From: Thalia democratica
Lineage: Eukaryota
DNA: 64,000 nt
Direction: 5' to 3'
Assembly (NCBI GenBank): GCA_965202585.1
Contig: OZ241830.1
Coordinates: forward strand, 31,930,001-31,994,000
Shown here: piece by piece, positions 1 to 12,226 of the stretch
Position numbering within the stretch: the stretch's first letter is position 1
Layout: each line of letters opens with the position of its first letter
The notes under the pieces: model-generated
Database searches by the model: none
The model's input: the letters and a program-made list of their open reading frames with translations, nothing else
Told to the model about the DNA's origin: nothing
Translations under genes and position numbers: made by a program

Positions 1-359
1 TTAATTTAGAAGCTAAATAGTACACACATGAAAATACTATCCCACACAAAAATAGTAAAATTTCAATAAATTATTTTTCTTCAAAAACTACCTTTACAAC
101 AATGTATTTAAAAACCTTAAAAAGTAAATCTAATACGTTTTTGTATTTTATTTAAGTTGATAAGAGTAATTAATACTTTCAATATAAACTTACTTAAAAG
201 AAAACTTTAACTAGTATGTTTATGCATACCCTATATGTTACATTAATTAGTAAATTAATTGAAGAGGTATGTATATGGTATTAAAATTTTAGCTGTATTA
301 AAATACTGTAAATTACTAAAACAAAAATCAGTATTATAAGACTAAAAAGAAACAGAAAA

Positions 360-1190
360 ACATTTAGCTAGATACTTAATTTTTATAGAGTCAACTTGAT
401 TTAATGAAACTATACTAAATATAAATTAATTGAATTTTTTAATCGTCAGGATTGTTGATAAATTTTATCAAATTTGTCACTTTTTGAGGTAAAATGAACC
501 AGAACAAGTATAACTGAAAAGTAAAAATATTTAAACTATTTTTAGCTGTTTCAAACTATACAATACACTAAGTAAAACTAAACTGTGTTAACATGTTGTT
601 ATAGTCTTAAATTGATTATGTACTTAAATTCATTGTGAGAAAAATATTCAAATTAATAAATACAAGTAAAACAATTATATAATTAAAATCTTTTATTAAA
701 AAAATTGTTGAGTAACTATGATTTCTATTTTTGTTCTTCAATTATCAAAGGTGTTACAGCATCCAAAAAACCAGGTAATATAAAAAATAAACAAACTACT
801 TCAGAGTGACAGTAACAAATATAAAGCAAGCAATAAGCTGAGAAACAGGTGCTTAACTTTCTTAAAAAGTCATTAACTAGTTCTGACAAAGATACTAGGA
901 TGTTTAATGGTTTAGAAATAAATTGTAGTATCTTTAAGTACAAATGTACTTTTTGGACTTTTTGATAATTAAATTAAAAGCTTTATCAAAATTGCAAAAT
1001 GTAGAGTTAAATCTTTTATAAAAAGCTAAAATGTCTGTTATGTGAAACGCAGTTGCCAGAACTGCTTACAGCGAATTTCCATAAATTACTTAAGCATAAC
1101 GTTTTAAATTGAATAAATGATATTTCATAAGCTTCAGTGTTCAGAACTGTAAATTTTAGATTTTAGCAAACGTTGCGTAAGGTTATTTAA
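360..1190 (+). repeat. Dispersed ~0.85 kb repeat (block C), copy 1; decayed coding-like relic
   Basis: Colinear with 8230-9100 and 45600-46370, and partly with 28120-28450 and 38200-38360. The plus frame reads LCETQLPELLTAN here and LC..QLPELL.AN in the full-length copies. Stops and frameshifts are present. Confidence 0.7.
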
Positions 1191-2837
1191 ATTTTCAACA
1201 TGCTAAATTCTTTTAATGAATTAATTTATTATTTTTATTTAGAATAAGACGTATTATAATATTAGTATTGGAATCTATTTTTAGTTTTACCATTAAAGTT
1301 TTACTTAAAATACCAAGTATAATTTTTTTTATAATAAAAAGTCACAGAAACATTTTACCTAGATAAGGGTTTCCTAAACTCACTTTCTTATAGCTAGCTA
1401 CCTTTGCAAAAATTTAATTTAAAAATTATTGCTGTTACTTTTCAGATATCGTAGTTTTACAGTAAACTACATTTTATTATCGCTAACCAAATAAGGTCCC
1501 TTGGTAGTTAATAAGGCCCCTAAAGGAGCGATAATGCTTATTACGAAAAACCATCATTTTAACAAAATTATTTTTAGCTAAACATTGGTGTGTTAAAAAA
1601 TAACAGGTTTATTGTTATGCATACAATATATTTATAGTTGTTTAAATTGCTTTTATTATAAGTTTAGTTTGTTTATTTTCTTGTTGCAGAATTTAACTTA
1701 TAAAGTTTGGTTTATTTCCATTTGTTTTAGAGTGTAAGTTATTATAGTACAAAAATCTATTTGGAAAAAGCTCTTAAATATAAAATGATTTGTGCTTCAA
1801 ATAGAAATTCTAACTAATACAAAAAATTTTAGCCAGTTACTAAACTCATGGTAAGATATTGTGACACACTCAAGGAAAGTATACTTAAATGCATTTAAGC
1901 TTCAAGTCGAAAATTTATTAATTAAACATACTATTGTTGTTGTTTACACCAAAACTAACTATTATTAAACCTTTTCAAACTGTATAAATCATTGATGTTA
2001 TTGCAAATTTTAGAGATCCAAATGTGGTAAAAAATGTTACGTTCAAATATTAAAAGAAATATCTCTACAAAGTTTGAAAAGATATTTAGAACCTAGAGTA
2101 TTATTAATTTACAAATTTATTATACATTAGATATAAGCATGGCAACTCCTTTGATAATTTCAAAAATAGTGTAACTATTATTTTTGGTTGGGAACTATTA
2201 TTATCTAGTTTGTAAAAAAAGAAATTATTGAAAAAAAAAACATCTAATGTAACAAATCTTAACTTATAATTGTTTATTTAACGACATATAAAGTGCACAA
2301 AGTAATTGGCTAAGTCCTGGTGTACACAAAAGTAATATTTTTGGGTTACTATACATATACTATTTTAATACAGTTTATCATCTTCTCAGTTAATTTATTC
2401 AAAATAACTACTAAAACATTTCAACAAAAGTAAGCACGATGAAAATAAAGTAGTAAGAACACACTAACGAATTTTAAATAAAGTATTATTTAATTTTAAG
2501 TTTACGCTTATATACAATTATATCAGTGTGTTTTCATAAGGGCTGACAAATAATTAAAAACAATAAACATAAAAATTATGTTTTACTTTAAACTTAAAAA
2601 ATTTGTATACTAAATGAAACAATCAATTTTTTTTTAAGTACCAAAGTATATAAAAGATCTGGTGGAAACTTTCAAGTAAAAATTTAAATAAATATTTGTG
2701 AAAAACGTAAAATACTTAAGTAGGAATATTAAAACTTAGGATTTCAAACCTAAAAACCTCATTAATAAATTTAAGCGAGTTAAAAAGCGTGTTAAAAACA
2801 ATATAAACCAAAATTATCTAAAAAACATTAAAATATT

Positions 2838-3512
2838 TTAAAGATAAAAATTTCCTTCATGTGGTAATTGCCTAGAGTTAATATCAAATTTCATTATATC
2901 AAAACAGCTTACATCAAATTTTTTCCTACATATTGGGCATCTACCATCGTTTCGTAACAAATTATCGCAACATTTACAGCAGACTGGGTGTCCACAAGAT
3001 GGTATTACTATATGATGACCTTTCTTAATGATTTTTTTGTAGTTTAATAGACATACTGGACAACTACTTTGAGTGAGAAAAGTCATTTCAGTGCTGTTTC
3101 GATCTAAATGTTTTAAGGCTTGCTTAAGATCAACGTCTGGAAGCCCGTTTTCTTTTGCGTATTTTCTGGTAACAACTTCATTCTTGACTCTTCTGTGTGC
3201 TTCGTTGCAAGAAATATGCTTCTTGAGATCTTCCGGATCTACACCTTGCACTATTAATAAGCTGACAATGGGTTCAGTTGGAAAACTAGTTTGAAGAGTT
3301 GTTTGTCGGTCTCTTTTTAAACAGTCAATTAACCCATCAAATAGCGCATCATCCGTTTCCCATATTTTCGGATAGAGACTTTCCATTCCTCCTATAAAAT
3401 CCTCTGCAACCTGATCTAGTTCGTCGCACAAGACCCATGAAAATATTCGGAGGTTTCCTTCAAAGATGCTCATGATTTGGGTCAATTCTCCGTTTTCGTT
3501 GTAGGTTGACAA
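2838..3512 (-). CDS. Intronless protein with C-terminal C3HC4 RING finger (putative E3 ubiquitin ligase)
   Basis: The 224-codon ORF is visibly GC-richer than its flanks. It carries CPVC..CGHPVCCKC..CPIC, a C3HC4 RING. The track start is TTG; the first in-frame ATG is codon 14, and an upstream in-frame ATG is cut off by a TAA. Confidence 0.75.
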   Translation of the reverse strand: MSTYNENGELTQIMSIFEGNLRIFSWVLCDELDQVAEDFIGGMESLYPKIWETDDALFDGLIDCLKRDRQTTLQTSFPTEPIVSLLIVQGVDPEDLKKHISCNEAHRRVKNEVVTRKYAKENGLPDVDLKQALKHLDRNSTEMTFLTQSSCPVCLLNYKKIIKKGHHIVIPSCGHPVCCKCCDNLLRNDGRCPICRKKFDVSCFDIMKFDINSRQLPHEGNFYL

Positions 3513-6500
3513 TTATATTTCTAAATTTGTCATTTCGAATGTAATATTTGTAATATCTAAAAGTTAAATGTTATTATTGTTTTTAAACGGCAAAGAATGA
3601 CAGTCAACATTTTATGTCCAAAAAAAAGGTGCACGATGAACAATTCGGTTATCGAGTCGCACACCAAGGATACTTTTTAATTTGCCATGGACGATTTTGA
3701 TTAGTAATATAAAACAAAACAAAACAATCAAAACTCTCTTAAATTTTTATTAAAATAAGTCTTTCAAATATTTTTTTAGTTAACAAGATCTTTCTATCAG
3801 TTTTCCATAATAAATATTCACATATATTGTACAATAGTCCATGACTTACTGAATTAAGAATATTTAATATGTAAAATATAAAGAATTAAATAAACATTTT
3901 TAAACATAATTAGAAAAGACATAACTACACCATTTAAAACAACCTAAAACTTTTGAGCCCCATTTTTCTTTAAATAAACTTAATGTTACATGTGCAAATA
4001 ATAGATGTTCTTTAAGCAACAGTGTCTTATCAAAAATTTTTGATAATTATGTTATGTGTTTTAATGAAATTTTACTTTCTAGTATTAAAACAAAGTAAAA
4101 CATTTACTCATTGCTATTATAGTTTAAGATCGGCCTAATTTGTATGTTTGCAAAGTATGCAAAATAAAAGCTTAATGATAATATTTTTATTTTGATATTT
4201 TAGTCTTGATTTTTGGATTATTTTCTTATATGTTTTGGTCGCTCAGGAATAAAGGTATAGATGTAAAAAGTAAAAATAAAACAATTAAAAGTTACTGACT
4301 CAAAAAAATTTGCAAGTCAGACTGACTTTGAAGTATATTTTCTATCGGTAAATTCAAATCTATAGTTAATTTAAATTGTAAACTATCTGCAAAATTATAT
4401 CCTAAACAAACAAGCATTTTAAAAACTTGTATTCAATACACATCACAATTAAAATCAAGTCTACAGCTGACATCTAGTATCACATATGCAAAGGTTTAAA
4501 TTTCGTTGATATTTAGATTTTATTCTTTAGAATTAATTTACTAAAAATATAAATAAGTCAAACAATCAAAAAAATTGAAATTTAGAATGAAAAATTTCTA
4601 AATAAATTACATTTTGAGTAAATAGTTAAATCTTTTTTTTTCTGAGAGTGTAACAGGCTTAAGCAAAAAAATAAAAAAACGCCTCTGGTTAGAACTGTAA
4701 TATTATAGTCAAAATACGTAAAAGAATAAGTGTAAGTTTATTGAAGTACTAACATGTAGTTGGTACAAGCTTTGACTTCAACGTAAAATTAAAAAAATAA
4801 TAATACTATTTTAGCTTTATTATCTTTTAACTCTTAATTGGATAGTAAGAGCAAAAAAAAATTATACTACTGACACAAATAAAAAGTTGCTTTAATGACA
4901 AATTGTATAAAATTGCTATAAATTGATTTGTGACTAATTTTAAATATAAGACCGTAACCTACAAAATTAGACAAAAATAAAAAGTATTACACTTCAATTA
5001 TAAGCTTGTACTTATAATATCTTATGCAAAAAAGGTACTATTATTGATTCTACTTTCTTTAGCTAATTATATTATAATTTAAACATAATATTTTGACTGG
5101 TTTTCTGAAACAAAGTAACCCCTTTACATTAAGTAAAGTTTTACTTTAAAGATATAAAAACTATTTAGAATTTTTGTTTAAAAATGTTAATAAATGTATG
5201 TGAAGTAAATTTTTATAAAAATCATATATACAGCAGTTTAAAAAACAGATTAAAGGATAGAAGACTTCTATGTTTTTACCTGAGATTTAAGTTAAATATA
5301 TTTTTTTAAATTTTATATATAATTGTTATACTTTACTAGGTACAGAAATTGTATTTTCATTTCAACTACTTAACAACTTTATTAATAAATTGAAACTTTA
5401 AAATTTTGTTTTATAACTTCACTTAAATAAAAATTTATATGTTGTTCAATAATACAGAAAAAAGGTCAGCTAAACTTAGCCAAAGAAACTGGAGTTGTTT
5501 ACTTGTACTTGAACTTGATAAGTTAATTTTAGAATACTATATTTAAATTTGTAATACAATAAACATTAAGTAAAAAATACTCCAATCATTATATTTTTGA
5601 AAAAAAAGCGTTGATTTTAAAGTAAACTTTTGATATAAACAACTTAAATTTATAAATTTAATAATAACTTTCTAGTTTCTAAAACAAAATTAAGGTTATA
5701 TGATTTTTTTGTTAATCTTTTCATTAAGTACTAAAAAATATTTTTACTAACCATTGTATACTCATAGTTTTTTATGCAAATGTTTTTAGATATTTTAAAT
5801 CAAAATTGATTAATAATCTGATACTTTTTCTTATTTTGGTTGGTCTAAAAACTTGAAATTTCTGCTTTCAAATAAACTTATTAAAGATATAAAAGCTTTA
5901 GGAATTTTAACCAGGGGTGCCATAACTTGCCATGTTTTAAAACGTATTAAACCTAGCGGTTAGAATTAATAAATTTAGTGATTTTAAAGCTGTCGTACAT
6001 TTAGAATTGATAAAAAGCTGAAAAAAAGTTGATATTTTTACAACCGCTAGAATTAATTAAGACTTTTTTTATCAACATTGCGTCTTGTATTCATACTTCT
6101 TTCTTGATAAGCTCATCCCTATAATCATAGACAGTTTTTCTTGTCTCTGACCTGATTAATTATTAATAAGAAATTAACTGCAAATAATGTCTAAAAATTT
6201 AACGGTAATATAAATTCAAAACCACTAAAAAAAACTCTTACATCATATACCGAAAGATATTTACAATTAAAGTATCACAATTCGGTATTAAACTTATATT
6301 ACTAAAGATTGACAGTTATCTAACGTTGTTTATTGAAGTTAATTTTTATAGACAGATAGCTGTTTAAATTTATTAAAGCTACGAAATCTTTCAAAACACA
6401 ATTATTTTTCTTCCGTAAAATTAGGGGTCGGTAAATTGCAAAACAGTAGTATACATTTTAAAATCGTTATTGAAATTTTTTGGAGAAAAAATTTAATGCT

Positions 6501-6949
6501 AAGATTTTATTAAAAATTTATAGCTACTAGCGTTTTACTTTTTCTTATTATTTATGCTTATTGTTTAGAAAAAATACTTATTTTAATACTTCAACTTTAG
6601 ATAAGAAAAACTCACTATCACTTATTTACAAAATGTCGCACGTAACTTGTAAAATGCTGCCAAGCTCCATAATTAACTAAAAATTTTTTAAATAAAAGTT
6701 AAAAACATAATTTTAATATATAATATTTTAACTTAAACGTAACTTTCACAAATTTTGAATTTCGGGTGAACAACTATTCAAATTCGAACATATCAAGTTC
6801 AGACAATTAAAACTTTAAAAACAAATTGAAACAGCCACAAAAAATAAGTAATGTAATTTTTCAAATATAAAAAATGGTCACGGGTCTAAATTGTGCGAAG
6901 ATATTTCACAGCAATTCACTTAGATCTCAATAATAATATCAAACATGTT

Positions 6950-7900
6950 TAACAACCTAATAAAGATTGCAGTATTAAAAAAACAAAAAAAAAATAATTG
7001 TCATGCCTTTCCCCTATGGTACAAATTCCTGAAAATTTTAGCATGTTACTCGCCTTTAAAGTCATAGATACTATTAAAAATTGTCTTTTTGTAATATACT
7101 ATTAAGATATAAAAGACATAAATTAATTTAATATGATTAACCTTGACTTTAAACTGATCACCACTTGTTGTCACTTATTTATACAAAATCTTTGGTAGTT
7201 ATACTGTGACTTTGTTGACAAATTTTTTTAGTTCTGCTTTGACTTTTTGGACTAAACTTTGTCAGTTATATTCTAAATTAGTTGACAAGAAGTTTTTAAG
7301 TTCTACTTAGACTTTTTGGACTAAATATAGTCTAATCTATTGTTAATTTGTTGACTAAATCTGAGACAACATCCTTTGTGATTAATTTGATTCAAATTTT
7401 ATCACCTAGTGTTTGTGATTTAATGACTTAAGTTGTGTCTTTGTACCTATAGATTTACTTTGTCTAAATATTTTCACCTACTTTTTGTGACTAAAAAATG
7501 TAAGTTGTGTCAATGCCTCTTGTAGTTTACTTTTAAATTTTTCTGTTGCATTATTTAACCCCTCATTGCCTGATGTTTTTTTCAAGCTCCTCTGTGATTC
7601 TGGTTTTATTAAACATAGAGGGCTTTTAAAAGGGCAGATAGTAAACGGTTCCTAAAAATTAAATAAAAATTTTCCTTAAATATAATGTTATCTAAAATGC
7701 ACTAAAAAATTAAATTAAAAGGTTTAAAAATGTGGAATAAACACAAATGTGGACAAATACTGTCATGTTCTTATTCAAATGTTAGTAAGGCTGATCATTC
7801 TTTACGTGAAAGACGCCAAGTAACCCACATAGAATTGAAGGTATAGCTATAGTATGCTGTACAATGACACTATAAAGTATCACATATAAATAATGACAGT
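6950..7900. repeat. Dispersed repeat (block A/B), copy 1, with degenerate ~33 bp internal periodicity
   Basis: Colinear with 24830-25750 (e.g. tttttgtgactaaaaaa..gttgtg, agtaacccaca..aattga.ggtat). The gactttttggactaaa motif recurs at 7221-7325. Confidence 0.6.
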
Positions 7901-8229
7901 TTTAATTTAACTATTATTAATACTAATCAGGTTTACCACAGATCAAGCTGACAAAAAATTCCTAAACCTTTCATTAAAATTTTCCTGACTTCTCTAAATA
8001 AAACTCTTAATTTAAACTTATGCAAAAACACATAATTAAACATTTAAAACTATCTAAAGCTTTCAATCTTATTTTCATACTGGTTAGAACAACAGATTTT
8101 TGTTGAATTCAATCATCTAACTTCCATTACATCACTTATACCATATGTGTATGATTGATGTATTTTCAGGAAACAGCTCTTTCACAAAAATTAAACAAAA
8201 ATCATTAAAACCAAAATAAAACACAAAAG

Positions 8230-9100
8230 CATTTAGCTAGATACTTCTTACTATTACATTATATTAATACTATTACACTTTATTAATAGCACAGTCAACT
8301 TGGCTTTATGAATTTACACTAAATATAGATTAATTGAATTCTTTAATGGTCAGGATTATTAATGAACTTTTATCAAGTTTGTCACTCTTTGTGTAAAATG
8401 AAACAGAACAAAAAAAGGTGAAAAAAATATATTGAACTAGTTTTAGCTGTTTCCAACTAGCCAATACAAAATAGTAAAACTAAACTGTGTTTACATGTTG
8501 TTATAGTCTTAAATTGATTATATACTTAAGTTCATTGTTAGAAAATTATTCAAATAAATAAATATAAGTAAAACAATTAAAAAAGTTGACATTCTTAATT
8601 AAATAATTTTTGAGCATTTTTTTTTTTTTCTTCTTCAATTATCAAGGGTTTCACAGCATCCAATAAACCAGGTAAAATTAAAAATCCTGTTTTCAAAAAT
8701 AATACAAACTACTTCAGAGTTACAGTATTAAAATAAGCAAGCAATAAACTGAGAAGCAGGTGCTAAACTTTCTTACTAAGTCATAAACTAGTCTAAAAGG
8801 TTCATGGATGATTAATGGTTTAGAAAAAGAATGACTTATCTTTAAGTACAAAGTTACTGTTTTGGACTTTTTTATAGTTAATTAAAAGCTGCAACAAAGT
8901 TGCAAAATATAGAGTTAAAATCTTTTATAAAAAGCTTGTATGTGTATTATGTGAAACACAGTTGCCAGAATTGCTAACAGCAAATCCCCATAAATTCATT
9001 GAGCATGACGTTTTAAGTTGAATAAACAAAATTTCCTACGTTTCAGTGTTCAGAACTACGAATTTTTAGATTTCAGTAAACGTTGCGTAAGGTTATTATA
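8230..9100 (+). repeat. Block C repeat, copy 2
   Basis: Aligns with 360-1190, sharing atttagctagatactt, ctaaactgtgt..acatgttgttatagtcttaaattgatta and aaacgttgcgtaaggttatt. Confidence 0.75.
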
Positions 9101-9983
9101 ACTTACAACAATTTAAACTATTTTAATGATTTTAATTTATAGTTTTTAATCTAAAATAACTGAAAAAACAACAAGAAACTTTAAAAACTACAGGTATCTT
9201 TGATATTTTCAATCAAAACTGAAAGATGCTTAAAAGTCAACCAGGTGAATTTAAGAACTAATTGACTTACACTTTTATAGATTTGTACTCTCTTTTTGTG
9301 GATATAATTTTTTCTTATTGGTCTGACGAAGATTTGTATTGGATTAAATTTTTTTTTTCGAAACTATAAAATATGATATTGCGGTTTCATCTCAAATTTC
9401 AATGTTATTAAATTAGTAGGGATTTTGGTAGGGATTTTAGTAGGGATTTATTTTACAAGATTCGGAAGGTTTTTTTCTGACTCAGAAAGTATAGAGACCC
9501 TGTTCTAATAAATGTTATGGATGTTGGTACTATTATTTATTAGTACTACTCATCATTAAAAAAAAATTACTTTATAAATTACTATATTCTATTTAGTTAT
9601 CTTTAAAAAATCAGAAAAGACAGTTTCAACAATGTTACTATTATATAAAGAACCATAAAATCCTGCTACAACAAGTCTATATCAAAAATATAAACTATTT
9701 ATATAAAAAAATCTAAATTTATTAATAGTTAACCACAATTTAAGTTTAAGTGAAAAATACTTTAAAATTTCCACTAATATTACCTATAATAGTTTATAGA
9801 ACTCTAAAACAGTTCAATATTGTTTTAATAATACTTCTTGTACTTCAACCATAAAAAAACACTAATAATTCAATATGTAGTTTTTACTAAATAATAAAGG
9901 TCTAAATCTCAGTCTCTAGACCTTTCAACAACCATCACAAATAAATGTAATCGAAAAAATTCTTCTTTATTACGCTTAACTGC

Positions 9984-10633
9984 TGTAACCGTCATCAATA
10001 ACGATGTTGTTAGGTTGGTTTAGCTGCTCTTAAATAAGATAACAAGAAGTGGTTATTTAAAGTATTACAGACGTTCAGATGGAACGCAGGCTTAATTTGA
10101 TACACTAGTACTTAATATAGAAACAATGCTAAAAACTAGTTATAAGTGCACGTTTTATATATTTACAAGATTAATAAAAGCATTGTGAAATAAGTGAAGT
10201 AGATGTAAGAAAACAAAGTGCTTTAAACAACTACCAACAACTTCTTTAAGAGTCGCGTAAGCACGCTAACTAAATGATAAACATTCTCTTGAATATGTTT
10301 AACATTGAAAATGGACTCGACGATAAAGTTTTCTATCCTCGTTTAATTAACACAAGTCTTCAATATGCTTCGTTCGCCTTGCTGGCTCTCTCGCCTCTCC
10401 GTTGTTGTGCTGTTTCCACGTCGTTGTGTAAGTTCTCTCCCCCGGCAGTAATCCGCCCGACTCGCGTCTGCAAGCCAAGTTTTAAACTCTTTCTCTCAAA
10501 TTTACTTCACGCTTCTTTTTCTCATTTTCTATTCTTAATACCAGTTGTGACGTCACTGAAAACATTGAAATTCTTTAACTTTAACTCTTCTGATATAAAA
10601 CGAAACATAAAATGTAATGATTGGTTCGTTACA
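9984..10633 (-). repeat. 3' LTR of copy 1
   Basis: TGTAAC..GTTACA termini; about 19 differences from 16846-17494 counted by eye. Confidence 0.92.
10548..10555. promoter_or_regulatory. CRE/ATF palindrome TGACGTCA in the LTR U3 (also at 17410-17417, 51621-51628, 58251-58258)
   Basis: Exact consensus within the 10-bp palindrome GTGACGTCAC, present in all four LTRs. A minus-strand CCAAT lies near the LTR start. Function is inferred from the motif only. Confidence 0.4.
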
Positions 10634-10655
10634 TTTTCTTTTGCTTATTTTTTTT
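10634..10655 (-). other. Polypurine tract of copy 1
   Basis: The minus strand reads AAAAAAAATAAGCAAAAGAAAA directly before the 3' LTR TG. A similar tract lies at 51707-51730. Confidence 0.65.
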
Positions 10656-11540
10656 ACTTTTTTTCTGCTTTTTTTTAATATTTTTCTAAATCTAGTCTCT
10701 TACCTTAACTCTCTATTTTGTCTTCATTTTAAGATTTTTTTTTAATTCTATTTCTGTCTAGTGTCAGTTTCTATCAACATTTTTATACTTAAGATTGTTA
10801 TATCAACATAACCTTTTAATGTATCAATAATCATTTACGTCTATCATGTAGTACCTGTACCCACAAACTCCTTACGAAACCATTAGTAGAATAAAATAAA
10901 AGAAAAAAGATAAAAAAAACAAGTAAATAGAAAAATATTGGTACATAAGTTAATTATTTAACAAGCAAACGGTATTTTCAATTACATGTGTATATACTTT
11001 TCCTAATTAAAATTAATTAATTAAGTCAGTAGTTCATAGTTTAAAAAAAGTTATAATTTTGAAATTAAAAAACTGTACATTGATGTTGGTGCTTAGAATA
11101 TAAAATTTTATTGAAATGTTAACAAAAAGTTAGTGAGTAATGGATTAGAACACGGCAAAAAATTACAAACCATAACAAAGCATTTTCTGAAGTAAAACTA
11201 ATTAATTGATTCAGTAATTCATAATTTCTATAAATTAAGTTAAGTGTTACAAAAACTATAAACATAGACAATCATTGTTTAACATACATAATTACAATTA
11301 ATTTTTTTAATTGCCTGTTTGCAGAGCAGGATTTATGTAAGTAAAAGTGTAAGTAGAATTAAAATTCTTATTTTGAGCTAATTAAATCTTAAAAAAATGA
11401 TGTTTATGTTACTTTAAAATTGAATGTTATTTAAAATTAAGTAGTTAAAAATACATAAAAAACTTATAACAAAACCTAAATATTGTTTTTTCATTTTTTT
11501 CATGCAATAAACACAATGTAAGTTTTTTCGTGAATTCCTC

Positions 11541-12226
11541 GTCAACTTCTTCGTCTCTCCATCATCTTCTATGTCAACTTCTTCGTCTCTCCATCATCTT
11601 TCATGTCAACTTCTTCGTCTCTCCATCATCTTCTCCTTGTCAACTTCTTCGTCTCTCCATCATTTTCCATGTCAACTTCTTCGTCTCTCCATCATCTTCC
11701 ATGTCAACTTCTTCGTCTCTCCATCATCTTCCATGTCAACTTCTTCGTCTCTCCATCATCTTTCATGTCAACTTCTTCGTCTCTCCATCATCTTCCATGT
11801 CAACTTCTTCGTCTCTCCATCATCTTCCATGTCAACTTCTTCGTCTCTCCGTCATCTTCCATGTCAACTTTTTCGTCTCTCCATCATCTTCCATGTCAAC
11901 TTTTTCGTCTCTCCATCATCTTCCATGTCAACTTATTCGTCTCTCCATCATCTTCCATGTCAACTTCTTCGTCTCTCCATCATCTTCCATGTCAACTTCT
12001 TTGTCTCTCCATCATCTTCCATGTCAACTTCTTCGTCTCTCCATCATCTTCCATGTCAACTTCTTCGTCTCTCCATCATCTTCCATGTCAACTTCTTCGT
12101 CTCTCCATCATCTTCCATGTCAACTTCTTCGTCTCTCCATCATCTTCCATGTCAACTTCTTCGTCTCTTCATCATCTTCCATATCAACTTCTTCGTCTCT
12201 CCATCATCTTTTTGTCAACTTCTTCG
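11541..12226. repeat. 32-bp minisatellite (~21 units) inside LTR element copy 1
   Basis: Unit atgtcaacttcttcgtctctccatcatcttcc; period 32 (e.g. 11701 to 11733). Confidence 0.95.

Noticed and set aside
725-943. 72-aa hydrophobic minus-strand ORF
   Set aside because: Part of block C; the frame is broken in the other copies, and silent-site evidence favours the plus strand.
3073-3294. Antisense ORFs overlapping real genes (also 18875-19210, 19358-19585, 30721-30906, 49057-49311, 49458-49640, 63205-63856)
   Set aside because: Shadows of GC-richer coding sequence on the opposite strand.
9414-9450. Three copies of a 12-bp unit tagggatttt(a/g)g
   Set aside because: Too short to interpret; ordinary slippage.
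10274-10678. ORFs in LTRs (also 17136-17471, 51149-51721, 57780-58306)
   Set aside because: They lie within LTR sequence antisense to the element, have no recognisable domain, and their frames are not conserved between the two elements.
11541-12226. CRISPR-like appearance of ~32-bp repeats (also 52439-53417)
   Set aside because: Units are head-to-tail with no unique spacers, there are no cas genes, and the context is eukaryotic.
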